Below, in pieces: positions 50,626 through 63,094 of a stretch of 64,000 nucleotides of DNA. The position numbers were made by a program, and so were the translations under genes. The stretch spans positions 682,001 through 746,000 of the forward strand of contig CAXHJY010000184.1 of assembly GCA_964016885.1 (NCBI GenBank), given 5' to 3'. The notes under the pieces were generated by a model. That model was not told where the DNA came from, did not search any database, and saw only the letters and a list, made by a program, of their open reading frames with translations. The first letter of the stretch is position 1. Every line of letters starts with the position of its first letter. Origin of the DNA: Eledone cirrhosa (Eukaryota).

Positions 50626-53600
50626 ATGGCTGATATAAGAGTTGGGTGTCTGAATGTACGCGGCCTGGGACTGTCTTGGAAACAAGGCAAACTTTTAAAC
50701 GATCTCAGGTCGCATAGAATGGATGTAATGGCTATTTGCGAGTCCAGGATCAGCAGCGAGCGCCAACTGGCGCCCCTCTTCGACGACTTTGAGATCTTCG
50801 CATCTCTCTGTCAACCGGGGGGTGGGGGTGGAGTTGTCGTTCTGCTGCGAAAACACCTGGGCCTCGCCATACAGAAGGTGCACCTGGACCCGGAGGGTCG
50901 ACTGGTGGTTTTAGTGAAAGTGGAGCCCTTAGACTAATTGTTGTGTACGCCCCTTTTGGGGCAGCGCGGTCGGACTACTTCCAACGTCTGGAAACTTTTC
51001 TGGGAACGTCCCGCTCCTTGCTTTTAGTGGGGGACTGGAATGGTATCCTGGATGCACGTTGGGACTATGTAGGGGCATGTGCCAATAGAGGGGGGTGTAA
51101 AAGCCTCAAAAGGTTAATCGGCCGATTTGACCTGGCCGATAGATATCGACTAGATTTTCCGACTGTACCACTATGGACGTGGACCAATCGCAGCGGAACA
51201 TCTAGGTCGTACCTAGATAGGGTCCTAGTTAGAGATAAGGATAGGGACACATTTAGCTGTCCAAAAATGTTCATGGTTGACTATTCGGATCACAAGTTAG
51301 TGACCTGCATAGTCAACCTTGATAGAACCCATAGACAGGGACCCGGTTACTGGAAGCTGAACTTGTCCTTACCGACAAGCAAAGCTTACAGTAAACGGAT
51401 TAGCACGTTAATTAAGCAGAGTTTGACAGGGGCAATTGTCAACAACAGGTGGTGGAGCTCTCTTAAGAGAGCAATTAGAATAGAATCGATAGGTTTTAGT
51501 CAGGAATTAGCAAGGGATAGGAACAAGATGGAAAGGGAATTAGTAGATAGAGTAGAAGAGGCGATTAGGAGTGGAAATGTAGCCGACGTGCTGGCATCAA
51601 GAATGGCCTTAGACCAGTTCTTTGAGGTGAAGCATGAAGGCTGCGTTGTCAGGAGTAAAATACGTGCTCTGGGTAATGAGGGAGCCAAAGCTGTTAGCTG
51701 GGCCCGAGTGACAGGCAAAAAGTGGGAACAAGTCCACGATTCGGTCTTTGAAGGATCGGAATGGGCGTGTGATCCTTGAACCTGGGCAGATGTGTGCAGC
51801 CTTTCAGCGGCACTTTGCACGACTGTTCGAGAGGGGTGGCGCGCCGGGTGAGACTATGGATTTCAATCCGTACCTCGACGGTCTGCCACGCCTCTCGGAC
51901 GCGGAGGCGAAGTCCTGCGAAAGGCCGATTTCAGCTGCTGAGATAGGGGCGGCGCTGAGCCAATGCGGCAAACGCAAATACCCGGGTCTCGATGGTCTAC
52001 CATACGAGCTATATGTAGCGATGCCGGACTTGTTCTCCGATATCCTCGAAGCGGTCTACTGCAACTGGCAGCAGAATGGGAGAATTCCCAGTTCTGTGAC
52101 CAAGGGCGTAGTTACGCTGGTGAGGAAGGATGAGAACAAGGGGGATGGCATAAGTAACTTCAGGCCCATAACTCTGCTAAATACAGAGTTAAAGATTTTG
52201 GCCAAGGTGTTAGCGAAGAGGTTGGCGCTTGTCATCAGAAACCTGGTGGGAGAAGCGCAGACATGCGCAATCCCGTCCAGGTCCATTCACGACAATCTCC
52301 ACCTTATGCGTTACATCATAGAGAGGGTAGGGAATGAACCCGGCTTTGGTGGGGCCCTGATCAACTTGGATCAATCTAAAGCTTTCGATAGGGTTGACCA
52401 TCGTTACCTGGATGCGGTGCTTGCGGCGGCAGGCTTCGGACCCGTTTTCAGGGGTTGGATTGCTGCGATGCACAGCAGCAACGTCTGCTCAAGGGTCAAG
52501 GTGAACGGCCACCTCTCGGAGCCGTTCCAAATCATGCGATCCCCTCTCTCCTCCCTTCTGTATGTGCTGGCTCTTGAGCCACTACTGCGGAAGTTGGAGC
52601 GGTTGCAGGGCATCCCTTTGGAACCGGGATTGCAGAAAGCGGCGTCGGCCTACGCCGATGACATGACAGTAATGGTGTCGAGAACCTCGCAAATCGGTGA
52701 GATCGGCAGCTTACTGGAGGAATATGAAAGGTTTACAGGAGCCAAGCTGAACCGGGACAAGTCCGTCGGTTTGCAACTCGGAACATGGAGAGGCAAACCG
52801 ATGCCCTCCAACGACGTCGGACGCTGGACGGAGGGCCCGGTGAAGCTGCTTGGGATCTGGTTCGGACCAGACCTCCAGATGGAGAAAAACTGGAACGAGG
52901 TAACGGCCAGGGTGTTTGCACTCACCCAGAAGTGGGCCCAGTGCAAACTATCCCTGAAAGGTCGAGCGGAGGTGGCGAATACTTATATAGCATCCGTCAT
53001 CTACTACCGCTTGACCGTCGTGCTTTGCCCAGTGAAAAGACTCGCCAAAATGGAGTGCGCGCTGTTCCAATTTCTTTGGAACAAGCGGACCCCTTTGGTG
53101 AGGAGATCCATCTGCTGTCAACACCCTTTGAAAGGAGGGTTGGGGATGCCGTGGCTACAGATGCGTAAACACGCATTAAGGCTACGGCACCTCCAGGTAT
53201 TCCTCACCAGTCAACCGGTGTGGTCCCCGTTTGTGAGGCGAGCCTTTCCCAGACTCGTCTCGCTCACCGAGCTGCAATCCTGAGTCAAGCAAAGACCGAG
53301 AAAAGCGGGCGACTGGCACATTGCGTGTGCCCAGGCGCTCACGGCCCTCTGGAAAGCGGACCCAGCAATCAGTGGAGACTCCACCTCGACATTCTATAGA
53401 GGGTTGGTACGCAACAGGTGCGACGATGCTCTCAGAGAAGCTCTAGGCATGGAGGAAGATGAACTGTCCAGTCTGTTCGGTAGGACGTTTGGCCCTGGAC
53501 CGATGGACAACTTCCAAAAGTCCCTGGCTTGGCAGTGCTACCGAGGGGCTCTACCCGTTCGAGACAAGCTCCACAGGCATGGGAGCCTGGGTAGGGATCC

Positions 53601-54030
53601 TTTGAGTAAGATCTGTCCGAGATGCGTGCATGACGCCGAAACCGTTGCGCACGCATTCGTACACTGCCCAGGCATTGCTGACCTGTGGGGCTATGTGGAA
53701 CGACTACTGTCGAGGGTGGGACCAATCCGGTTGACCACTGAGTCCATTGTCACGATCAAACCGCCTCCCCCTTTCAAAAACGAAGGAGAGGCGGTTTTTC
53801 TCTGTGTTATAGCCATGGCTAAAGAAGTTGTATGGTGGACGAGGCTGAAAGGGCTGAGGTCAGACACCTTTCTCTCCGGCCAACAACTGGTCCCCTTTTT
53901 CAAATACCATTTTAAAAGAAGGATCAGAATGGAGAGAGAGGTGCTCTACCCCAGCAAGTTTTATGAATGGTGAGTGAAAGTAGGGAGAATGGCCAGAGTG
54001 AATGGGTCTTCTCTCTATATCAGCCTGTAG
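50626..54030 (+). pseudogene. LINE ORF2: AP endonuclease, reverse transcriptase and C-terminal zinc finger, disrupted
   Basis: APE motifs CLNVRGL, GDWN, YLDRVLV, SDH. RT motifs PGLDG, FRPITLLN, DQSKAFDRV, YADD. Zinc finger CPRC...ETVAHAFVHC. Frameshifts near 50930 and 51740, stops at 53281 and 53971, and the VRQG motif is deleted. Confidence 0.93.
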
Positions 54031-55037
54031 GTGAAAGAAGAGGAAAAAGAGGAGACGAGGGAAGCACCTACTCTTTGTGCTCCTGAGGAGAAGGGTTCCA
54101 CATTTTTTCCGGGGTGTGTGCGACCCATGTTAATGCCCCCTCCCTATTGAGGACTTCGTTTGTTGTTGTTATTTCATTGTTATATTTTTGTACTCGTTAA
54201 TTATATGTAAACTTCCCCCCTTGTATCTGTCCCTACCTTTTGTGCCCTAGTGGCAAATAAAGAAACCACTCTATATATACTATTGGATTTTCACAGTAAA
54301 GGCTTTACCTCACATAATATCTCACATAATATCGAATCTGAGATTTTGATATTTATTTTGAGAACAATACCTTAAAGTCGTAGGAAGGGAAAGTTATAGT
54401 CAGTTTGAACAGAAAAAGATGAGAAAATTCTGGCCGGATATGGCCGGTTTAAATGCTAAAGGGTTAAGGAACATTAATAAAGATTCGATCCTACAACACA
54501 CAATGAACACAAACACACACAAGTAGTTGGGGAAATTAATGTAAAATTTGATTGTATAAAAATACATCATTTTTAATACAAAGAAAGTATTTCTCTATTA
54601 ATAAAATTCTTATCCAAGTCTCAGAGATGATTGGTAGATCATTAGGATTGTTATACGATGATAGCTTTTACTGGACTGTGATCAAGTGCCCCACAAACTT
54701 GACTGATTCTTGGCATGATGTCAGCAACTGATTACAATTACAATCACGGGCTACCATGGCAACTAGTATACATAATAGATTACATTACTTATTGTTTAGC
54801 CACATGTCTGTTTTAGGTGAGTTTACTTATGATGAAAGGTCTTCCAATCATCATGTCCTCTTTTCAGGCGTTGCATACCTGTCTATCTGTCGATCTCTCT
54901 GCCCGTCCGTCTGTCAATCTGTGTCTGTATATTTTTATTGTTTAAGATGCTAAGATGCACTTTGAAGGAAATTTGGCTGCTATTTTTAGAAGCCATGTAG
55001 CAGCTTCCTCGATTCTTTAGTGAAAGGTATAGCTTAA

Positions 55038-55363
55038 CTCTTTAGTATTTAAACTGGCGCATCTGGCCAGATTTCTCTCACTTCTATCTCTTCAAACCAG
55101 CCACTCATACTGATGTTAAGGTATTGTTCTCAAAATAAATATCAAAATCTCAGATTCGATATTATGTAACAAAGCCTTTACCGTGAAAATACAATAGTAA
55201 ATATAGAGTAATGTAAATGTTGTGAGATATGTGAGGTAAAGCCTTTACTGTGATAATACAATAGTATATATAGAGTAATGTAAATATTTAAGATATTATG
55301 TGAGGTAAAGCCTTTACTGTGATAATACAATAGTATATATAGAGTAATGTAAATGGTAAAGGG
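55038..55363 (-). mobile_element. Compact inverted copy of the piggyBac-type MITE (about 3 internal units)
   Basis: TTAA (55034-55037) ctctttagtattta ... taaatggtaaaggg TTAA (55364-55367). The body is the reverse complement of 46885.. and 54330-54463. Confidence 0.88.
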
Positions 55364-55689
55364 TTAAAGATTGTGAAACCTTTACAATATTTGTCATTTG
55401 AAAAAGACAATGGTAGCAACAGGTCCACAAAACAGACATACAATTATCAACCTAGTATTCTACCTGTTGCCTTTTCTATCTCAAATTCTTTTTTATAATG
55501 TCTAAGGTAGTCAGGGGAAACTGGCTTGTTTGGCTTTCTGAGTGGCACACCTAATTAAAAATTACATTAAATATTTTTAGTAGTGTTGCCTGCCTTGTGA
55601 TGAGGCATATGTCATGCGACCCTCAATCTGCTACTGGTACCATGTAACCCAGTACAACTTGTTTCAGGGTCGAGTGATCGGCAACTAAA

Positions 55690-55717
55690 CTATATATATA
55701 CATCTACTGTTATATGG

Positions 55718-55773
<56 letters not shown>

Positions 55774-55915
55774 CTCTACTGTTATATGGTAGTAATATAT
55801 ATATATATATACCTCTCTACTGTTATATGGTAGTAATATATATATATATATACCTCTCTACTGTTTTATGGTAGTAATATATATATATATATACCTCTCT
55901 ACTGTTTTATGGTAG

Positions 55916-55949
<34 letters not shown>

Positions 55950-56540
55950 CTCTACTGTTATATGGTAGTAATATATATATACCTCTCTACTGTTATATGG
56001 TAGTAATATATATATATATACCTCTCTACTGTTTTATGGTAGTAATATATATATACCTCTCTACTGTTATATGGTAGTAATATATATATACCTCTCTACT
56101 GTTATATGGTAGTAATATATATATACCTCTCTACTGTTATATGGTAGTAATATATATATATATATATATATATACCTCTCTACTGTTTTATGGTAGTAAT
56201 ATATATATATATACCTCTCTACTGTTATATGGTAGTAATATATATATACCTCTCTACTGTTATATGGTAGTAATATATATATATATATACCTCTACTGTT
56301 TTATGGTAGTAATATATATATATACCTCTCTACTGTTATATGTAATATATATATATATATACCTCTCTTCTGTTATATGGTAGTAATATATATATACCTC
56401 TCTACTGTTATATGGTAGTAATATATATATATATACCTCTCTACTGTTATATGGTAGTAATATATATATACCTCTCTACTGTTATATGTAATATATATAT
56501 ATACCTCTCTACTGTTATATGTAATATAAATATACCTCAC
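55690..56540. repeat. Compound minisatellite cctctctactgttatatggtagtaa + (TA)n
   Basis: About 20 units with variable TA length, followed by a hAT-like terminus tttgggaaccactg ending at 56599. Confidence 0.9.
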
Positions 56541-56870
56541 TACTTCTTTCACGGGACCCTAGACACTCGTTTGCACGGAACCCACTTTGGGAACCACTGG
56601 CTTAGGGGTTAAGGTATTAATCTGATGGTTGTTAAGGTCATGGCTTGTGCACTGTATCCTTGAGCAAAGTATTTCAGTTTACGTTGCTCTAGTTCGTTCT
56701 CTTGATAAAATAAAAAATACCACCAACAAAAGCTGGGGTCGGGGGGGGGGGGGGTCAGGTTAAAGTTTCTTAACACCACATGTCATACATTAGCTCTGGT
56801 TTGTTGAGCCCTAGGTTCAAGACAGACTAACTTTAATTTTTAACTAAATTTCAGATTAATAATCTTTCGA

Positions 56871-57575
56871 GAGATCACAGCTCTGATACTACAGACATGT
56901 GGTTAGAATGTCTCAGGAAAGAATCTCTGGATTAAGAGATCACAGCTCTGATACTACAGACATGTGGTTAGAATGTCTCAGGAAAGAATCTCTGGATTAA
57001 GAGATCACAGCTCTGATACTACAGACATGTGGTTAGAATGTCCCAGGAAAGAATCTCTGGATTAAGAGATCACAGCTCTGATACTACAGACATGTGGTTA
57101 GAATGTCTCAGGAAAGAATCTCTGAATTGAGAGATCACAGCTCCGATACTACAGACGTGTGGTTAGAATGTCTCAGGAAAGAATCTCTGGATTGAGAGAT
57201 CACAGCTCTGATACTACAGACATGTGGTTAGAATGTCTCAGGAAAGAATCTCTGGATTAAGAGATCACAGCTCTGATACTACAGACATGTGGTTAGAATG
57301 TCTCAGGAAAGAATCTCTGGATTAAGAGATCACAGCTCTGATACTACAGACATGTGGTTAGAATGTCTCAGGAAAGAATCTCTGAATTGAGAGATCACAG
57401 CTCTGATACTACAGACATGTGGTTAGAATGTCTCAGGAAAGAATCTCTGGATTAAGAGATCACAGCTCTGATACTACAGACATGTGGTTAGAATGTCTCA
57501 GGAAAGAATCTCTGAATTGAGAGATCACAGCTCTGATACTACAGACATGTGGTTAGAATGTCTCAGGAAAGAATT
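56871..57575 (+). repeat. 65-bp tandem array, 11 copies, equal to an RTE LINE coding segment
   Basis: Unit gagatcacagctctgatactacagacatgtggttagaatgtctcaggaaagaatctctggattaa. It continues as normal RTE 3' sequence to about 57765, and a single-copy version lies at 24142-24200. Confidence 0.95.
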
Positions 57576-58530
57576 GCTGGACAGATTTTACTGGCAAGAC
57601 CAACCAGCAGGAGACCCAGATGTAGACCCCAAGCAAGATAGTTGGATAACATCCATGAGCTAGTCTGGTCTCGCTTGGGGATCCTGCTGGATCAGTTGAA
57701 GACTTGCTGGAAGGAGTGTTTGAGGACTCTGCCCCCATGACCCTCGCAAGAATCAGTGGAAGAATAAAAAGAGTATTTTATGATTTTGTGTTGATATGTG
57801 TTGTTATTTAGCCGAAGGTCAGACCTAATCAAGCAGACCTCTGATCAAAGACATCCAACAACAGCTTGAGCAAGGATTTTTTTTAAAATTCATTCATCAG
57901 AAGCGATGACACAGGACCGTGACCTCTGGCGTCACGCAGTTATACAGAAGACCCGACTTCCCACAGGAACAAGCCGAAGCTGAAGCATATAGACAATATA
58001 TTAAACCCTGACATTTGAACATTATTCTATATACTATACATGCACCTTTGATGAGGTGTAGTGCACCTAAGCACTACACAATTTCATTATTATTTTACTA
58101 TTTTATAAATTTATACAGAAACCATTAATAATAATAATAATTAGTATTATTATTTGTTGGACAATGTTTTGTGGCATATAATTACAGCCCTTCACATTCT
58201 GAGTTCAAATGCCACAAGGTTAGCTTTGCTTTCATCCTTACGGGGCCGATAAAATGAAATATCAGTAATGCTCTGGGGGTCCATTTAATCGACTTTCCCC
58301 TCCTCCAAAATTGTTGGCCTTGTGCCTATATCAGAAACCATTGTTATTATTGATCATTTTGTTTACTATGTTATCTAATTGGTTGAATATACAAGCCTGG
58401 CCTGACTATTTCCACATTTACAGCACTTCAGTTATGGTAGGTGTTATATATATATATATATATTTGCAGCACTTCAGTTATGGTAGGTGTGTTATATATA
58501 TATATATATATCTCACTTCAGATATGGTAG

Positions 58531-58562
<32 letters not shown>

Positions 58563-58569
58563 CTCATTT

Positions 58570-59725
58570 GGAACACCCACAAAATTATTAACTATCTTGC
58601 TAACAACAAACCTGAGCACCTTTTTGATGTGTCTAACACACATGGGCATGCCTACAAAGTCAGAAAACAGTACAGTTCCCATGACTTTCGGAAACATTTT
58701 TCACACTCAGAGTTGCTGAAGCATGGAACAAACTACCTGCATCAGTTGTTAGCTGTCCAGACACTGCATCCTTTAAAACGTCCATGGAACAAACTACCTG
58801 CATCAGTTGTTAGCTGTCTAGACACTGCATCCTTTAAAACCCCCATGGTATGAACTACCTGCATCAGTTATTAGCTGTCAAGACATTGCATCCTTTAAAA
58901 CCCCCATGGAACAAACTACCTGCATCAGTTATTAGCTGTCTAGACACTGCATCCTTTAAAACCTCCATGGAACAAACTACCTGCATCAGTTATTAGCTGT
59001 CAAGACATTGCATCCTTTAAAACTTCCATGGAACAAACTATCTGCATCAGTTATTAGCTGTCAAGACACTGCATCCTTTAAAACCTCCATGGAACAAACA
59101 ACCTGCATCAGTTGTTAGCTGTCAAGACACTGCATCCTTTAAAACCTCCATGGAACAAACTCCCTGCATCAGTTGTTAGCTGTCGAGACACTGCATCCTT
59201 TAAAACGTCCATGGAACAAACTACCTGTATCAGTTGTTAGCTGTCTAGACACTGCATCCTTTAAAACCCCCATGGTACAAACTACCTGCATCAGTTATTA
59301 GCTGTCGAGACACTGCATCCTTTAAAACTTCCATGGACCAAACTATCTGCATCAGTTGTTAGCTGTCCAGACACTGCATCTTTTAAAACCTCCATGGAAC
59401 AAACTACCTTCATCAGTTGTTAGCTGTCGAGACACTGCATCCTTTAAAACTTCCATGGAACAAACTATCTGCATCAGTTGTTAGCTGTCCAGACACTGCA
59501 TCCTTTAAAACTTCCATGGAACAAACTACCTGCATCAGTTATTAGCTGTCCAGACACTGCATCTTTTAAAACCTCCATGGAACAAACTCCCTGCATCAGT
59601 TGTTAGCTGTCGAGACACTGCATCCTTTAAAACTTCCATGGAACAAACTACCTGCATCAGTTGTTAGCTGGCGTGACACTGCATCCTTTAAAACTTCCAT
59701 GCTTCCTGAGATTTGCTAACACTGT
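58570..59725 (+). mobile_element. CR1-group LINE 3' fragment with a 61-bp x16 internal array (58722-59697)
   Basis: THKIINY...THGHAYKVRKQ...FRKHF...RVAEAWNKLPASVVSC.DTASFKTSMLPEIC. Unit catggaacaaactacctgcatcagttgttagctgtcgagacactgcatcctttaaaacttc. Confidence 0.92.
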
Positions 59726-59819
59726 GTGTGTGCGTGTGCGTGTGCGTGTGCGTGTGCGTGTGCGTGTGCGTGTGCGTGTGCGTGTGTGTCTCCGTATGTG
59801 GTTGATGGCCGAGAGCAAA

Positions 59820-59998
59820 GAATGCTCAATACCAAAGTAGAGTTTTAATCATTATATTAAGGCTAAATAATGAATTTGTTCCACCTGTTTATCACAGAGA
59901 TATCAGACCAGAATAGCCTGAAGACTGGGATAAACAGGTGAAACTCCACAGTGACAACACTCACCTTTTAGCCTTAATAAAATGAATACATTTTATAC
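59820..59998. mobile_element. Palindromic Penelope-like remnant
   Basis: Nested inverted repeats attaaggctaaa/tttagccttaat and cacctgtttatc/gataaacaggtg, plus a CTGAAGA...GAAAC motif. Confidence 0.45.
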
Positions 59999-60326
59999 CA
60001 GTGTTTCTCAACCTTTTTGACCCAACGGGCCCACTTATTTTACAAGCGTAAACTAGTGCTCAAAAATTATTCTGGACTATAGCCCCCACATGATATATAT
60101 ACTAGTGCTTCTCAATCTTTTTGTTCTCCCGGCCCACTTTACTCCCTAGAAATTGCCAGGGTCAGTGCTCAAAGAGCATTCTGGAAAACTTACCCCCATA
60201 TAATCCCGACTGCATTTAAATTTTGTGTGATCTTAAGTTCCAAGAAAGTCTGAAAAAATTTCCAGGCCCAGTGAAATTTCTCCGGGCCCACTGAGTGGAC
60301 CCTTGGCCCACCGTTGAGAACCACTG
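59999..60326. mobile_element. hAT-type MITE with perfect 8-bp TSD
   Basis: TIRs cagtgtttctcaac and gttgagaaccactg. TSD ttttatac at 59991-59998 and 60327-60334. A diverged duplicate of the left end lies internally at about 60102. Confidence 0.92.
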
Positions 60327-60345
60327 TTTTATACATATATATATA

Positions 60346-60660
60346 TGGAGGCACATGGCTTAGTGGTTAGAGCATTGGCCTTGCAATCGAAAGGTTGTGA
60401 GTTCAATTCTCAGACCGAGTGATGTGTTGTTTCCTTGAGCAAGACACTTTATTTCACATTGCTCCAGTTTACTCAGCTGTAGAAATGAGATGATAGGGAC
60501 TGGGGTCCCTATCATTCCACTGCAAAAAAGCACCCAGCACTCACTGTAAATGAGGTTGGTGTTAGGAAGGGCATCCAGCTGTAGCAATCAAGCCAGAATC
60601 AGTTCCCGTCCCACCCTTGCAAGCAGGGAAAAAGCGGACGTAAAATGAAATGATGATGAT
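60346..60660 (+). mobile_element. tRNA-derived SINE with RTE-type tail
   Basis: A box tggcttagtgg, B box gagttcaattc, and a 3' end ggacgtaaaatgaaatgatgatgat shared with the RTE 3' UTR. Confidence 0.88.
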
Positions 60661-62431
60661 ATATATATACATACATTTATATATAGGAAGAAAATATTTG
60701 TTTTCCCTATATATATCAACTCTGCATTACTTTATGCATTGATTACAACTCTGATTAATGGTCTTTCTGAGCTTACCACCGCAGAAACTCACACACACAC
60801 ACACACACACGCGCACACACACACACAGCTACCAAGTTACTTTATCCATCTATCTCTCTATTTATCCACCTATCTATCTACATATCTATTTATTTATCTG
60901 TATCTGCTTTCCTGCCTATCTAACTATATTATATATATATATACGTATATACACATATATACAATATATATATATATATACACACACACATATATACACA
61001 TACATATATACATAGACACAGTCAACACTATCTAAAGTGTAACACACCTGTGTTCCATATAGGTATTTATTTTTATATTAAAAGAAAGAAAGAAAGCAAG
61101 CTGCCAGGTACAAATCAGGAAAACAAGTAGATGTTGAAAAAAAAAAATTCTTCGGTCGCCCCACCCTGACCACCCCCACTACCCACTCACGCCTAAACTA
61201 CTTCTGTGAGCTGTCTAGCTGTAATAAGGAGGAAATAGTATACCATTTCATAAAACAATTCCAGCCAATGAGGCAAAGATATATTACAAAAATTAAATCT
61301 TTTCCAAGATATATTTCCTGCCATCACAACCTTCCAAACTGTTAGAATTAATAATTTCTACTTTATGCACAAGGCCAACAATTTGGGGAGGGAGAGAGCC
61401 GATTAACCCAGTGTGTTACTGGTACTTTATTGTAACAACCTCAGGAGGTTGAAAGCTAAAGTTGACCTCAGCAGGATTTAAACTCAGAATATAAAAAGCT
61501 GGAAAAATACTGCTACGCATTTTCCCCGAGACACTAACGACACTGCCAACTCCCACCTCATAACGGTTATAATTAATATTAAAATGAAGATAATGAGTAG
61601 CAGTAATTGGTAGAGCAACAAACAAATTTTAAAAAATAGATTTATCAAATTCCTTGTGATATTTTATAGTGATCCTCCATCTTTATATCTTATCAGGGCA
61701 GATTCTTGTTTCATTCTTCTAGTGCCGATAATATCATCATCGTTTAACATCTTCCCCGCTAGCATGGGTTAGACAGGAGTTGTCCCACTTGAGGCAAGAT
61801 TGGTCAGGCAAACCGTGTCTCGCTCGTATAGGACTATCTGGCCGGTTTTCTATGGCTGGATGCCCTTCCTAACACCAACCACATTAACAGCGTGGACTGA
61901 GAACTTTTTACCATGTTACCTACATGGCCACATTACAGTGTGGACTGTGTGTCGTGACACCTACACGACCTCATTATCAGTAAAGTACCATGGTTGATCA
62001 AATCTATCTACTTCCCTTTACCAAATTTGTGGCATACTGCCTATGTTAGGAATCTTTGTTCCACCTCCAGACATTCTCAGTTCAAATCTTGGTGTCAATT
62101 GTCTTATCCTCCACAAGTTGACGAAATAAAGTCAAGCAGTGGGGGTTAATTTAACACACACCTCCACCGCCAACAAATTTGTTAGAAATGTTAGAAATTA
62201 CTTGTTAGCTGCCAAGATACTACATCCTTCAAAACATCCACGCTTCCTGAAATTCACCAACACTACACCTGATATTCCCCCTCCATACACACGTGTCTAT
62301 CTATGTATATCATGACTCATACACTGTTCACTTTCCTGAATTTGTACATTCTTCTATGTACCATGCATGCACCTTTGATGAATTGTAGTGCAACTGAGTA
62401 CTGTACACAATTTTCATTATTACTATTTTAT

Positions 62432-63078
62432 AAGAGTGGTGAATTGTCAGTAATCTGTAGAGCATTAAACACCATGCTTTGTGGCATAGAGTTATGTCCC
62501 TTTACGTTCTCAGTTCAAACGTTAGCTTTGCCTTTAATCCTTACAAGTTTGATAAAATAAAGTACCAGTAATACATTGGGTTCATTTAATCGACTTTCCC
62601 TTCCACCATAATTGTTGGCCTTGTGCCTAAATCAGACACCATTATTACAATGCATGAGAGTGGTGAATTGGCAGAATTGTTAGTGTCGGACAATAGGTTC
62701 TGTGAGATTTGTCCGTGGTCCCTACATTGTCAATTGAAAGCCTGCTGAGGTGAAGTTTGCCTTTCATTCTTCTGGAGTCAAGAAAATAAAATACCAGTCA
62801 AGTACTGAGGTCGATTTAATCGACTTTCCTTTACCTTCGAAATTGCTGGCCTTCTGCCTAAATTAGAAACCATCATTATTAGAATGTGGTGGATTAGCAG
62901 TATCGGTAGAGGGTCGGACGCCATACTTTGATGCATAGAGTTACGGCCCTTGCCATTCTGAGTTCAAATCCTGCCTAGGTTAACTTTGCCTTTCATCCTT
63001 ACGGGGGTCGATAAAATAAAGTACCAGTAATACACTGGGTAATTATTGGCCTTGTGCCAAAAATAGAAACAATTATTA
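62432..63078 (+). mobile_element. Three head-to-tail tRNA-SINE copies of different ages
   Basis: Three successive gtggtg(a/g)att.gcag...ggccttgtgcc.aaa..agaaac units at about 62435, 62658 and 62885. Confidence 0.8.
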
Positions 63079-63094
63079 GAATGGATGGTAGGAT

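Larger units (their letters stand above)
48673..54266 (+). mobile_element. Near full-length L1/Tx1-clade non-LTR retrotransposon (inactivated)
   Basis: 5' UTR, ORF1 with CCHC knuckle, ORF2 with APE, RT and CCHC domains, and a 3' UTR ending in aataaagaaac. Confidence 0.93.
46885..54463. mobile_element. piggyBac-type MITE expanded by a satellite and interrupted by a LINE
   Basis: TTAA (46881-46884) + ccctttaccattta ... taaatgctaaaggg + TTAA (54464-54467), TIR match 13/14. A compact sister copy lies at 55038-55363. Confidence 0.85.

Noticed and set aside
48673-54266. Active autonomous LINE
   Set aside because: Multiple frameshifts, two in-frame stops and deletion of the RT QG motif, unless these are sequencing errors.
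60346-60420. tRNA gene
   Set aside because: The tRNA-like head continues into a SINE body and tail that recur in the window, and there is no complete cloverleaf with acceptor stem.
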